From the NCBI RefSeq assembly GCF_018350175.1, contig NC_058368.1:164798001-164862000 (forward strand): a stretch of 64,000 bases of DNA. Reading direction: 5' to 3'. Source of the stretch: Felis catus. Taxonomy: Eukaryota. The notes below the pieces were generated by a model, which saw only the letters and a program-made list of their open reading frames with translations, searched no databases and had not been told where the DNA came from. Positions within the stretch are counted from its first letter, which is position 1. Every line of letters starts with the position of its first letter. The position numbers were made by a program, and so were the translations under genes. Positions 13,354 to 26,655 of this stretch are shown here, one piece after another.

Positions 13354-13618
13354 TAATTTTAAACTTCTGAATAAAGTTTCTATATTAGATAAATGTATCC
13401 CCTATAATTTTGGTTCATATACTTTATTATGTTATGGAAGTCATCCTTAATTTAGAAGACTTATTTTGAAAAGGCAAAAGAAGTTTTTCTTCTTCCTCCT
13501 AGTAGGATTTGATCCACCATTTGGCAGATAATTTCTTCCAGGGCAATATAACATAGGCTTCTGTTGGAATTATAGACGTTTTAGAATTGGAAAGTGTTTT
13601 TAAAAATGATCTTCTCTA

Positions 13619-13803
13619 TTCTCTTAGTCCATTTAGGCTGCTGTGGAATTTCTTTTACAAGGGCACTAATTCCATTTATTAGGGCTTCACCCTCATAACT
13701 GATTAATCTCCCAAAGGTTCCGTCCACTAATACCATCTCCTTTAGGAGTTAAGATTTCACCTCATGAATTATAGGAGATCACAAACACTTTTAGACTGTG
13801 GCA
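13619..13803 (-). mobile_element. MLT1A-like MaLR solo LTR with internal deletion
   Basis: tcttagtccatttaggctgct joined directly to cttttacaagggcactaattcc...ctcccaaagg...agactgtggca; both termini present, middle missing. Confidence 0.7.
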
Positions 13804-14051
13804 TTCTCATTATATAAATCAGAAACCATACTACCAAGTATTTTCTTGCCCAAGAAAATTTATTCAACATGTGTTTATTGAGTACTAGTAATATGCTAGG
13901 TACTGTGCCAAACCACAGGACAAACCTCCCCAGGGCTTCTCACTATGGAATTACACATCTGGCAAGGATGTTTCAATAAGAACATCATCATCTGTACTTT
14001 GTTAAGTGTTAATTTTATAAAAATTAATTCATTCTTTAAAAATACAGAGCA

Positions 14052-14278
14052 GGGGCACCTGGGTGGCTCAGCTGGTTGAGCGTCTGACTTCAGCTCAGGT
14101 CATGATCTCACCCTCCGTGAGTTTGAGTCCCATGTCTGGCTCTGTGCTGACAGCTCAGAGCCTGGAGCCTACTTCAGATTCTGTGTCTCCCTCTCACTCT
14201 GCCCCTCCCCTGCTCATGCTCTGTCTCTCTCTGTCTCAAAAATACATAAAAACATTTAAAAGTTTTTAAAAAAAAAAA
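14052..14278 (+). mobile_element. Can-SINE (SINEC_Fc2-like)
   Basis: Head GGGGCACCTGGGTGGCTCAG; TSD aaaaatacagagca. Confidence 0.96.
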
Positions 14279-14313
14279 TACAGAGCAAACAGAGATTAAA
14301 AAAACTTGAGCTA

Positions 14314-14520
14314 GGGGTGCTTGAGAGGCTAAGTTGGTTAAGTGTCTGACTCTTGATTTTGGCTCAGGTTGTGATCTCGAGGTTTGTAAGATGGAGCCCC
14401 ACATCAGGCTCTGCACTGACAGCACAGAGCCTGCTTGGGATTCTCTCTCTCCCTCTCTCTGCCCCTCCCCCCCAAATAAAAAAAACAGTATAAAAAATAT
14501 ACCTTAAAAAAAAAAAAAAA
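14314..14520 (+). mobile_element. Can-SINE (older)
   Basis: Head ggggtgcttgagaggctaag; TSD aaaacttg(a/g)gcta. Confidence 0.93.
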
Positions 14521-15256
14521 ACTTGGGCTACATATCTTTCAATAAGACAGTCCTCCTCAGAGAAAACTCCTGTGAGAACTAGTCTTAGGAACAAAGTGTG
14601 TTCCTCTCAGTGGTACAGATTTGAAGATTATTCTTAATTACAGCCATTGCTCAAGTGAGAGAAAATATGTGATCACTTCTTTTCCTTTTAGATTATTTTT
14701 TTCTACTCCAAAGACACAGATTATGCTGTCCAGCTGTCTAGAATGTTAGGACCAGATTAGAAGTCTCATTTTTAGATTTCTTATGTAGTTGAAAGGGATA
14801 CATTCTTACTTTGAGGGGAGCAACTTTAGGGGAATTTGTATAACTTGTGTGGACCTGAATGATACATGGAAATGTTTTCCATAGACAATATAGAAAAAAA
14901 AGGTCTCAAAATAATATCTTTATTATCCTTGTTTAATTGTATTTTTCTGGTTCCAAAATAGTATCACTCCGACGTGGATTATTTTAAAAATTAGGAAGAT
15001 GAAAATAAGAAAATATCATAAAAATTGCTCGTAATTCTGTCAGTGAGAAAACTATATTAATATGTTTTATAATGTACATTGGTAATATTTTTCTATACAC
15101 ATGGTCCTTTTAAAATCACTATGATCATACTATAGATATTTTTGGTCTTTTTTTCACATTATTTATATTATCAATTTTGTCTATATTAAGTAATTTTCTA
15201 CAGCATGGTTTTAATGTCTGAATAATATTTCATTATTTGTCTGCCATGGATTATTT

Positions 15257-15465
15257 TTTTTTCAATGTTTATTTATTTTTGGGACAGAGAGAGACAGAGC
15301 TTGAACGGGGGAGGGGCAGAGAGAGAGGGAGACACAGAATCGGAAACAGGCTCCAGGCTCCGAGCCATCAGCCCAGAGCCTGACGCGGGGCTCGAACTCC
15401 CGGACCGAGAGATTGTGACCTGGCTGAAGTCGGACGCTTAACCAACTGCGCCACCCAGGCGCCCC
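15257..15465 (-). mobile_element. young Can-SINE (SINEC_Fc type)
   Basis: Ends caggcgcccc; perfect TSD tgccatggattattt at 15242-15256 and 15466-15480. Confidence 0.97.
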
Positions 15466-18023
15466 TGCCATGGATTATTTAAACTACTTTTTTCTAGTTG
15501 CATTTTCAGATCATATTATTCCCATTTTATTTCTTTTTTCAAAGGACAAAATCATTGAAAGAGTTTTAGAAACACAGGATCATAGATTTTTAAAGTCTTT
15601 CTGACAAGGCATTTTCCATTTTCTTTTTCTATTCCCTTATCTCTTTACTATCAATTGACAGAATGTTAATTTTTTATAAAAAGTAATTATGGTAGCATCT
15701 CCTTCCGTTTTAAATAAGCAGCAACTTATTGGAAAAATTGCTGCTTTTTCTTTCTTTTTTCTTTAGAAGGAAAATGTAATTTGTGTTTTAGTCTTTGGTT
15801 GTAATTAGCAATTATCATGAATTACCAAAGGCAATTTGTATTTCATAGAAATATTTTCTAAGCTGATCCTAAAGTAGATACATGGAAACTTATGGCACTC
15901 CTCTTTGGTGCTCTTTGAATACTAGAGTTTTGCTTCAACCAAAATATGTTAACTTTAACAATTTATTCTACCTTCCAAAATAATTACATCGTTATGTGTA
16001 ACGGGACAATAATTGTACCAAAAATGAGTTCTGATTCAATCACCTGAAAACATACCTGTCCAGCCAAGCAAAGAGTTCATTTTGTAAACGATAATGAAAA
16101 GCACATCAATCATGACATGTCAGGAAGAGCAGAAGGAGAAACAAACCAAAGACAAGAAACAAACTTGGAGACCTCTATAGTCAGCTCTGTGCCATTTTAC
16201 CCACATTCTTCATGTGAAATTATGTACATCATTATGCAGACTTATGGACAGAGCAAGTGTAGAGGGTGGGATTTATTGAGTGTTTCAAATTAGAATAATG
16301 AATGCTTTGAGTTAAGTTTTTAACTCCAAGACTATTTTTTAATGAATAATATTGATATTAGCTTTTATAGTCATAATTTTTTCTTGTTTATTGAACTAAA
16401 TAAAATAAAATAAAGGTAAATTATTTTATTTAGAATATTAGAGGTATATGTTTGTTAAATATTTGGAAATAATTATTTATAGGCAATCATAAACCATTTT
16501 ATCAAAAACCATATTATCAAAAAATAACTTGAGAAAAGAGTTAGTTCTAGAAATTTGGGTGTGGGAGAAACAGTGATAAATTCTTTGGTAAGCAGAAAAT
16601 TAAACCAACTTTATATAATTGCCTGACAAATTTACTTATTGAGAATTAGGCTGGAGGATTAACAAATATGAAATAGATTACTTAAAGCAAAGAAGCTCAA
16701 TATTTAATCCAGTAAATGTATTTCAGTTCATGGAGATGTATTTCAGTTCATGGGTGTTTTGGTCTCTTTTATTTAATCCTTTTCATCTTAAATTTGGCCT
16801 TCAGTTTTGTGTGGAAGGACAAATGACTGTTATCTTTACAACCAACAATGATGTCTTTCAGATAAAAAATGTAATTCAAGAGTCCTATTTAAACAACTGG
16901 ATATTTAACATCTTATTCTAATTAGAGGATCACAGTAAATCTATCTGACTTGCTACAGATTTTCAGGTGGCCTACGACACTAAGGAAATACAGTGGTCTA
17001 TCTTGTATTTTTAAGTTATTTTACTCTACAGCATTGTGGTTTGCAAATGAGTTAAGGTAACATGTAGCCCAACGTTATGAAAAACAATAGAAACCAATGT
17101 TACTTTTAGTTTTAAGTGTTTGAAATTTTAGTATTTCAGTAGGCATCCCAATTTCCACCTCAGATTACTTAAAGGGTAAGAAATATAAAGAACCTAAAAT
17201 TTAAGGTTAATCCATAATAAAAAAAAATTAGTCTTTTATAGAAGTAACATATTAAGTGCATCGTGCTGGGTTGCATGAGTAAGTTTTAGGTTGTGTGAAT
17301 ATGATGCTAAAACTCTGTATGTTTAAGATAATGTCAGTTTCCAAAAGGAGGGAGAGATGATGTTCTTAGAGCACCGAGCAACCTTTCCCTCTACACAGCT
17401 GCCTTGGACTCTGCAGAGTATTCTTTACAGAAGTGAAGAGCACTTGATGAAGGAAGTTAAGCAGAAGCAAGGGCATGTGCTGGCGAAAAAAAGACGTTAC
17501 GTACACAGAATAAAGAAAAGATTTCTAAGAGATGCAGTCACCTCAGTGACACATTTGGGGGGAAATTTTTAGCTACAGAAATTAAAAGTTTCATGCAGAA
17601 AGAAAGGTATTTGATTTTTAGGAAGTGGAACCTTCCAGACTACATAAAGCAAAATGAAAAGCAGCTCATGGATAAGATGTGCTGTTGTCATCAAATCACA
17701 GACTAATTAAAATGATTAAATTATAATAATGGTAAAAATGGTGATGCTAAGTAATCTATTTGAGGATTTGAATGAAGTCAGTGTCTTTCAAAAATTTTGG
17801 CCTTGGCCTTATCCTCAAGATTAACGTGCATAAGGTATAGAACTAACTTCCTTTTCTCTCTAATGATTATATTTTTGAATTAATAGCATATAGTCTTATT
17901 TTCTGTTACTACATATTACCACAGTTTATTATTAGCTTTTGGACATGCATGAAAGAAAATAAAATATTGTTTTCATTTTGCTAACATGTATTTATTCAAG
18001 GCTACAATCAAAAACTCACTTTT

Positions 18024-18216
18024 AGGAGAACCTGGGTGGCTCAGTTGATTAAGTCACCAATTCTTGATTGCAGCTTGGGTCATGACTTCACAGTTTGCAA
18101 ATCTAGCCTGAGCCCCACATCAGGCTCTGAGCAGACAGAGTGAAGCCTGCTTGGTAGTCTCTGTCTCAGCCCCTCCCCTGCTCTCTCTTTCTCAAAATAA
18201 ATAAGGTTAAAAAAAA
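18024..18216 (+). mobile_element. Can-SINE (older, diverged)
   Basis: cctgggtggctcagttg head, tcaaaataaata tail, flanking cactttt repeat. Confidence 0.9.
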
Positions 18217-19446
18217 CACTTTTGTTTTCTCCCTATAAATACTTGATTTTGGAATTTATATACATAAATTGTGTGTTTGAGAGAACACAGAAATCCAGTC
18301 CATTGCAATACTGAATAATTTGGCTAATCCTTAATTCACACTGACACAGTCCCTAGGAATCTGTGTCCAAGGAAGGGAAAATGAAAGTTTTAAAGTAAAT
18401 TAGTCAAAACAATCTTGTGTTTAGAACACTTAACTTATTTACATAACACAGTTCCCTTATAAAGTTACCTTATTTTGACTAGACCTGATCCTTTACACTA
18501 TTAAAATTAAGATTATTGTATTTTTCTCTCACTACTGTTATTTAACAAGTACTGGAAATCCTAGCCACAGCAATCAGGAAACAAAAAGAAATAAAAGGTA
18601 TCCAAATTGGCAAGGAAGAAGCCAGGCTTTTACTATTTGCAGATGACATAATACCGTATACAGAAAACCCAAAAGAGTGCACCAAAAAATTTCTAGAACA
18701 GATACACAAATTCAGTAAAGACCCAGGATACAAAATCAATATATAGAAATCTGTTGCATTTCTATACACCAATAATGAAGCAGCAGAAAGAGAAATTAAG
18801 GAATTCATCACACATTACAATTGCACCAAAAACAATAAGAAACCTAGGAATAAACCTTACCAAAGAGGTGGAAGATACGTATTCTGAAAACTACAAAACA
18901 CTGAGGAAAAAATTGAAGGCGACACATGGAAATGTAAAGTCATTCCATGCTCGTGGAATAAAAGGACAAGTATTATTAAAATATCTAAACTATCCACAGC
19001 AGTCTACACATTTAATGCAATCCCTATTAAAATACCAACATTTTTCACAGAACTAGAACAATCTTAAACTTTGTATGGAGCCACAAGAGATGCCGAATAG
19101 CCAAAGCCACCTTGAAAAAGCAAAGCAAAGCTGGAGGCATCACAATTCTGGACTTCAGTTTAAATTACAAAGCTATAGTGATCAAGACAGTATAGTACTG
19201 GCACAAAAATAGACACATAGATTATGAAAAAGAATAGAAAACACAGAAATGAACCCACAGCTATATGGTCAACTAATCTTCAACAAAGCAGGAAAGAATA
19301 TCCAATGGGAAAGAGTTGGTCTTCTTCAATAAATGGTGTCAGGAAAGCTGGGTACAGCATGCAAAAGAAAGAAACTAGGCCACTTTCTTACACCATACAC
19401 AACAATAAATTCAAAATAAATTTAAGATCGAAATCTGAGACCTGCT

Positions 19447-19641
19447 GAGGCACCTGGGTGGCTCAGTTGGTTGGGCTTCCAGCTTCAGCTCAGGTCATGA
19501 TCTCACAGTTCATGGGTTCAAGCCCTGTGTCGGGCCCTGTGCTGACAGCTCAGAGCCTAGAGCCTGCTTCAGAATCTGTGTCTCCCTCTCTCTCTCTGTC
19601 CCTCCCTCTCTCTCTCTTTCTGAAAAATAAACATTAAAAAA
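19447..19641 (+). mobile_element. Can-SINE nested in L1 (intermediate age)
   Basis: gaggcacctgggtggctcag head; degenerate TSD aaatctgagacctg / aaatctaagaactg. Confidence 0.95.
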
Positions 19642-20413
19642 GTTAAATCTAAGAACTGAATCCATAAAAATACTAGAAGAGAACACAAGTGGTAACTTCT
19701 TTGACCTTGACCATACCAATTTATTTCTAGATATGTGTCCTGAGGCAAAGGAAATAAAAACAAAGATAAATTTTTAGGATTTCATCAAAATAAAAAGCTT
19801 CTGCACACCTAAGGAAGCAATCAACGAAACTGAAAGGCAACCTATGGAATGGGAGAAGATATTTGCAAGTTACATATGTGATAAACAGTATCCAAAACAT
19901 ATAAAGAACTTACAAAACTCAACACTCAAAAAACAAATAATCCAATTAAAAATGGACAGGAGACATAAACAGACACATTTCCAATTAATACATCCAGATG
20001 GCCAATAGACATATAAAAAGATGCTCAACATCACTGATAATCAGAGAAATGCAAATCAAAACTACAGCGAGAGATTTCCTCACATCTGTCAGAATGGCTA
20101 AAATCAATAATACAAGAAACAATAGGTGTTACATGTAAGGATGTGGAGAAAGGGGAACGCTTTTGCACTGTTGGTGGAAATGCAAACTAGTGCAGCCACT
20201 CTAGAAAACAGTATGGAGTTTACTCAAAAAGTTAAAAATAGAACTAACCTGCTATCTAGCAATTACACTACTAGATATTTACCAAAAGAATACAAAAATA
20301 CTAATAAAAAATACAAAAATACCTTCACCCTGATGTTTGTATCAATCATAACCAGATTATGGAAACAAACTTAGAGTCCATAGACTAATGAATGGATAAA
20401 GAAGAGTGGTGTA

Positions 20414-20640
20414 GGGGCGCCTGGGTGGCGCAGTCAGTTAAGCGTCCGACTTCAGCCAGGTCACGATCTCGCGGTCCGTGAGTTCGAGCCCCGCGTCAGG
20501 CTCTGGGCTGATGGCTCAGAGCCTGGAGCCTGTTTCCGATTCTGTGTCTCCCTCTCTCTCTGCCCCTCCCCCGTTCATGCTCTGTCTCTCTCTGTCCCAA
20601 AAATAAATAAAAAACTTTGAAAAAAAATTTAAAAAAAAAA
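20414..20640 (+). mobile_element. young Can-SINE nested in L1
   Basis: CpG-rich body; perfect 16-bp TSD aaagaagagtggtgta. Confidence 0.97.
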
Positions 20641-21544
20641 AAAGAAGAGTGGTGTATATATACAACGAAATATTCCTCAGCCATATAAAAGAATGAAATC
20701 TTGCCATTTGCAATGATGTGGATGCTCTAGAGAATATTATACTAAGCAAAATAAGTCAGAGAAAGACATATACCATATGTTTTCACTCAGATGTGGAATT
20801 TAAGAAAGCAAATGAACAAAGGGGAAAAAAAAGAGAGAAGCAAACCAAAAAACCAGACTTAACTATAGAGAACAAATTGATGGTTACTGCGTGGGGGGAT
20901 GGGTTACATAGGTGATGGGGATTAAAGAGTGCTCTTATTGTGATAAGCACCAAGCCTTGTATGGAGGTGTTGAATCATTATATTGTACACCAAAACTAAT
21001 ACTACACTGTATGTTGACTAACTAGAATTTAAATAAAAACTTTAAAAAAAGAATTATTGGATTTTTTTTGGTACTAACTAACACGATGTGAACATTCAAA
21101 TAGATTTCTCTGATTGTATTTGTTTCTTTTGTTCTTACTGTATAAATCAGGACTGATTTTTAAACCAATGTTTTATCAGTTATTGACAAGATTTTTTCCC
21201 TGATGAGGCATGTATTAAAATATGCAGTGAATAATTATTCACAAGGAATCATACTATCCATTCAATATCATTTTACTCTTATTTGATTGTCAGTGTACCA
21301 AAAATTGAATGGTTAATAGGAAATCTTTGCATTACTGAGCATTTACCAACTCTGTCTACCTGGCCGTTTGTTAATGATATTCTCCATTATACAACATAAA
21401 AATTACTAATCATTTGTTTATAAAATTAGAAAAATCTACTTAATTACAGTCATTCAAAACCTGTGCTTTATTCTAACTATGTTACTGAGAATATTAAATT
21501 CAATTTCTACATCTCAGACAAATCCATCTCTTTTTTGTTTTAGC

Positions 21545-21868
21545 AGTTTATTTTAAACATAATTTAAATTTACCAAAAATTGCAAAAAAAAATTACTGAG
21601 ATTCCCATATGCCCTTCACTTAGCTTCCTCTGATATTATCCTTTATGTAACCATACCATAATTATTGAAACCAGGGAATTAGCATTGGTTCAGTAGTCAC
21701 AGACCTTGTTCAAATTTCAGCAGCTTTTCCCCCACTAAAGTCCTTTGTTTGTTCTAGGATTCAATCCAGGAACCCATATTTCATTTCATTGTTATTTCTA
21801 CTTGGACTCCTCCAGTCTGTGATAGTTCCTAAATCTTCTCCTGTCTTTCAGAATCTTGACACTTTTGA
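21545..21868 (-). mobile_element. old L1 3' end (L1MC4/5-like)
   Basis: ataatttaaatttac...ttcccatatgcccttcac...gaaaccagggaattagcattgg...cagaccttgttcaaattt; continues past the inserted SINEs. Confidence 0.65.
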
Positions 21869-22017
21869 GGAACTGAATGGCTCAAGTCAGTTAACCGTCC
21901 AACTTTGGCTCAGATCATAACCTCATGGTTCGTGGGTTTGAGGCCTGCATGGGGTGCCATGTTCGCAGTGCAGAGCCTGTTTGGGATTCTGTCTCTGTGC
22001 CCCTCATTCATGTGAGT

Positions 22018-22055
<38 letters not shown>

Positions 22056-22071
22056 AAACTTAAAAAAGAAA
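21869..22071 (+). mobile_element. Can-SINE (diverged)
   Basis: SINE body with long (CT)n; TSD aatcttgacac(t/c)tttga. Confidence 0.9.
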
Positions 22072-22156
22072 AATCTTGACACCTTTGAAAATTACTTATC
22101 TGAGCATTTACCTTTAATGGTCCTTTAATTTCTTTTATGTTTAATCTCCTTTAATT

Positions 22157-22179
22157 TCTTTTATGTTTATTTATTTTTT

Positions 22180-22211
<32 letters not shown>

Positions 22212-22378
22212 ATGTGAGCAGGGGAGAGGCAGAGAGAAAGAGAGACACAGAATCCAAAGCAGTCTCCAGGCTCTGAGCTGTCAACACAGAGCCAGATGGG
22301 GGGCTGGAACCACCAACCACAAGATCACGACCTGAGCCGAAGTGGGACGCTTAACTGACTGAGCCACCCAGGCACCCC
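22157..22378 (-). mobile_element. Can-SINE (SINEC_Fc2-like)
   Basis: Ends gagccacccaggcacccc; TSD tcctttaattt. Confidence 0.95.
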
Positions 22379-22975
22379 TCCTTTAATTTGGATTTGTCTC
22401 ATGTTTTCTTTAGAGCAATTGTGTTGTTATGTTTAATACTGTTTAATTCATTTGTTAGTGCATGAAATCCACTTTGGCTTTGCTCCACACTTGATTTCAA
22501 TGTTTATTTCTGGGAGTAGTGAAGGGTATGTAAAACATTAGTATGTTTCTAAAAGTCCGAGTTATAAAATAGTTATACTCACAGAAGGTTTACTTCCTCT
22601 TCATCTCCACTGCTTCTTTCCCCATTCTCCCGTTCTTATCATCCCTTGGCTATGTTCCCTACAGGTAACCAGTGAACTATACGTTTCTATATTCTCATGA
22701 CCCTCTTCTTCATATTAAGGGTAATATAAATGGATACTGTTTTGGGGTTTTGCTTTTTTTTTTTTTTTTTACTTAACAATATGTTCTATAAACCATTCCA
22801 TTGTCAGCTGGTAAATGTCTTCCTCATCATTTTTTACAGCTGCATAGTGTTCCATTGTATAGATGCACCATGGTTTTTTTTCAACCACTCTCCTTGTATA
22901 AGTACTTGGGTTGTTTATAATTTTTTACAATTACAAGCAACACTATATTAAATAATCTTATGAATATATATTTTC

Positions 22976-23198
22976 TTTTTTTTTTAATTTTTTTTCAACG
23001 TTTATTTATTTTTCGGACAGAGAGACACAGAGCATGAACGGGGGAGGGGCAGAGAGAGAGGGAGACACAGAATCGGAAACAGGCTCCAGGCTCTGAGCCA
23101 TCAGCCCAGAGCCTGACGCGGGGCTCGAACTCACGGACCGCGAGATCGTGACCTGGCTGAAGTCGGACGCTTAACCGACTGCGCCACCCAGGCGCCCC
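22976..23198 (-). mobile_element. young Can-SINE (SINEC_Fc type)
   Basis: Perfect 16-bp TSD atgaatatatattttc; CpGs intact. Confidence 0.97.
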
Positions 23199-23407
23199 AT
23201 GAATATATATTTTCAAATAACTGGAGCTACATCTTCAAGAGAGTTTCCAACCTGTAATTGCATAAAAGTAACTAAGGAAGTATATAAGCACTTTTATTAA
23301 GTATAATCAAATATATGCACAAAAGTGTTGTGATACTTTGCGTTCTCACCAGCATTGTATGAGAGTGATTATTTCCCAATAGATGCCTCCAAAATGTACT
23401 GATGAAA

Positions 23408-23426
23408 GATAGACAGATAGATAGGT

Positions 23427-23470
<44 letters not shown>
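23408..23470. repeat. (GATA)n tetranucleotide microsatellite
   Basis: gatagatagata run. Confidence 0.95.
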
Positions 23471-23472
<2 letters not shown>

Positions 23473-23624
23473 TCCCAGTCTGATAGGTAAAAAGTATTAT
23501 CTTAATTTTTAAGAAGAATATTTATTTTAGGGATATAATTCTTTTATATGTGCTATATGTTGCAAAATTATTCTGTCAGTTTTACAGTATTCATTTTTTT
23601 TATATTGAGTTTTGCCATGGAATT

Positions 23625-23658
23625 TTTTCAAAGATTATTTGAAAGGGGGAGAGGGAGA

Positions 23659-23709
<51 letters not shown>

Positions 23710-23835
23710 CCCAAGTAGGCTCCACACTCACAGCACAGAGCCCAATGCAGGGCTGAAACCCATGAACCGTGAGATCATGACTTGAGCCGAAATCAAGAGC
23801 CGGATGTTTAATTGTCTGAGCCACCCAGGCACCAC
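23625..23835 (-). mobile_element. Can-SINE with long (GA)n
   Basis: Ends gagccacccaggcacc; TSD ccatggaat(t/c)ttt. Confidence 0.93.
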
Positions 23836-23999
23836 ATCCATGGAATCTTTTAAGTAACCAAATTCAGCAGTATTTTCTTTTTTTGCTTTAGATTTTGAGT
23901 CAGTTAAAAAGCCTTTCTGTACACCAAAGTTAAAGCATATTTTGCCATCAGTCCATTTGCTATGTTTTTGGTAATCATTATTTAGTTGGATGAAGCTCA

Positions 24000-24950
24000 T
24001 CCTTTACTGTATTCCTCAAGAAGTGGTGATGAGTACATAATTTCTTAACTTCTAGTAAGCTCTTTTTCTATTGCCCTTATATTTTAAAGACTGCTTTAGC
24101 TAGACATGAAATCTGTTTTCCACAGTTTTTTCATTATTATTTGTTTTTAATGCTGCTTGATTGTTGTTTGTATTTTAGATTTATTTTGAAATATCAGATG
24201 CTAGAATTTTTTTTGAGTTTGTAAGTTATTTGAATTTTTGTTTGGTGTCCTTGATTTTATTTTTATCTTTGAAATCTATTTTTCATAAGATATATTTTGT
24301 TGTCCATCATTCTGGGTAAATTTTCTTAGATATCCACTAAGCTCCTTTAATGTGTGTAGATTCAGAATCTTTTCTATTTCTGGAGTATATTTTTGGATTA
24401 TAGTTTTAGATATTCCCTTCCATATTCTACTTCAGGGAGTCTAATAATACAGATATTGTTCCATTTTGTCTGTCTTCCATTTCCACTATTTTCTCCTTTT
24501 TAATATTTATTTTTTTCTTTATGCCATTGACATTTTCTTGGTCGATTTCTTGCCTTTCTTCAAAGTTCCTTAGTAAATTTGGATTTGTGTCTATTCTACC
24601 CTGTGCATCTTATAATTTTCCTTTTATTTCTGAAGTAATTTTGTCTTCTCCCATTATATTTTAGAGTTCAATCAACTGTTTTAATTTCTCCCACATTTCT
24701 CTTACATTTTTGTTCATAGTTTTTCAATTCCCTGAATATTTAACATATCCTCAAATGCTTGGTTGAGTACATTTAATTCTATTTTACTTCTGCTCCATTC
24801 TTATTTTTTTCAGTGGGAAATTTTCCCTAGTTGACTTTTGTGAAAATGTGTTTCCTGTTTTACTACAGTAGTTGTCTACAAACTTAATCCTTTATCCTTT
24901 GTTTACTTTTATGATATTAGAACATTTTCCAGACTTCTAGTTTAATGGCA
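24000..24950 (-). mobile_element. very old L1-like (L1M/HAL1) antisense fragment
   Basis: Strongly T-rich tract with L1-type motifs (ttttaaagactgctttagctagacatgaaat; ttcagggagtctaataatacagat). Confidence 0.45.
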
Positions 24951-26344
24951 TCCTTTTCTACTGGCCTATCAAAGTCCAAGCATATAATGTGGGTTTCTGC
25001 ATCTATGTTTTACTGATAGCAGAGTAGTTGTGAGTCTTGTGAGTTGTGAATTTGTCTTTCAGGATCCTAAAATTTCCACTTTTTCTCCTTTTCTTCTTTA
25101 CCACCTAGTTGCCAAAATTTGATTATTTCTTCTGTTTTGCCTTTGTGTCCATTAATATCTATGTCTTTGGAAGTGGGTCTATGTAAATCAGGCTTGCCCA
25201 TGTAAATCAAGCCTATACCTTTGAACAGCCTGCCTGGCCCTTTATATGGGGACTGGCCCATTAAATTATTCTTAATTTTAAACCCCTTCCCTTAGTCCAT
25301 TCTCCTGTCTACTCAGTTACTTATTTTGTATTTCCAGATTTGTGATTTGTTTAATCTTCCTGATGTTTCCACAATTTTCCCTTAGTCCCTTCTACTGGTA
25401 TCAACTCTTTGTTTTCCATTTATATTTTTCCTGGTGTGGCTTTGTTCACTACAAAGCATTGTTTTACAGTAGGGGTGTGGTGGAAGCATGTAGAACCTAG
25501 ACTGGAAATTTTTTTTTTTTTTTTTTAGTCACAGCTATTTTTTCAGTGTTTTGCATACTCTGTCTTCAGGCAATACTAATAGTATGGTTCTCCATAGCAT
25601 TTTCATATCAGTGAGGTCATTTTTACCTTTTAGGGACAAAATCTGGGGAGGCTGATTTCTGCTGACCTACCATTTTCTTCCTCTATTTTATTCTTAAGCT
25701 CAAATTTTCTCAAATGGTTACATACTAAAATTGTACAGATAATATGGATGTTTTTCTCCTCCCCCCTTCTGACCTCATTAAAAATGTAAATGCCACTGAA
25801 CTACAACATCCTATCAACACATTTTATTACTTTTCTTGACCTTTAACAATAGTTTGAAAGTAATTATTTTAGCTTCAAATAATGATTATAATCCATCATC
25901 ACACACTTCAATAATTGTTGATCTGCACAGAAGATTGTCTCATATGCACATTAATTGTCTCTGAGTAAAAGAAGTTTATAAGTTAGTAAGTAGCAATATT
26001 CCAGGTTCTTAACAATAGATCTTTGTACATTATATACTTCAAATGAAAAAAAAATGTAGACTTGTTGAAATTTTCTCTTATTTGACTTTCAAATTATTCT
26101 AGGATAATCGCTTAATAGAGCAAAAGTGCAGCCCATTATTCTTATTTTGTAGTTTTTTCCTTCCACAAACTTCCTCAGGTGGTATGAATGACAATCAAAA
26201 TTATACTTGCTTTGAACTCTATGCCAATATAATTGCCTTACCAGCAGTTCTGCTCACTTCTTCCCTATGTTCTGAGTCATCCTCAGAGCTGTTGCATAGG
26301 TCATGAATTCTCACCAGTGCCCAACTCGTTCTATTTTTTCTTGG

Positions 26345-26655
26345 AGTACTGCCAGACTTTATTTCACAGTCTCCGTTGCAGTTTAGTATGGATCTATGAC
26401 TGAGTTATGATCAGTGAATATGAATAAAATGATTTGGACAACTTCTAGATCTGGTGTTTAGAAATACCTCACTCATCATTCTTTCCCTTCCCCTAGCTAT
26501 TGGCTTACTGTAATGAACGCACACAATACAGAGGAAGAAATGTGGGTTCCTGAATGAATTTAAAAAGCATGGCATGCCCCCCTATCCTAGTTTGGATAAA
26601 AAATAGCTTTCATGATGAAAGCTTCTGAAATTTTTATTAATACAGCAGTAAATTA
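26345..26655 (+). mobile_element. old MLT1 (MLT1I/J-like) LTR fragment
   Basis: atttcacagtctccgttgcagtttagtatggatctatgactgagt...cttctgaaatttttattaatacagca. Confidence 0.5.

Larger units (their letters stand above)
18526..21050 (+). mobile_element. 5'-truncated LINE-1 (L1_Carn-type): decayed ORF2 RT/C-terminal region plus 3'UTR
   Basis: ORF2 motifs (ctatttgcagatgacata = LFADD; NLGINLTKEV; AATLENSME) with stops and frameshifts, carnivore 3'UTR, aataaa plus A tail, degenerate TSD ag(a)attattg(t/g)attttt; interrupted by two SINEs. Confidence 0.95.

Noticed and set aside
16716..16753. Short direct repeats (also near 48716-48745 and 60448-60480) as a possible CRISPR-like or regulatory array
   Set aside because: Each is a simple two-unit tandem duplication without spacers, in mammalian DNA.
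18754..20915. ORFs with reverse-transcriptase/ORF2-like peptides
   Set aside because: These are fragments of a frameshifted, 5'-truncated L1 that cannot encode a functional protein.
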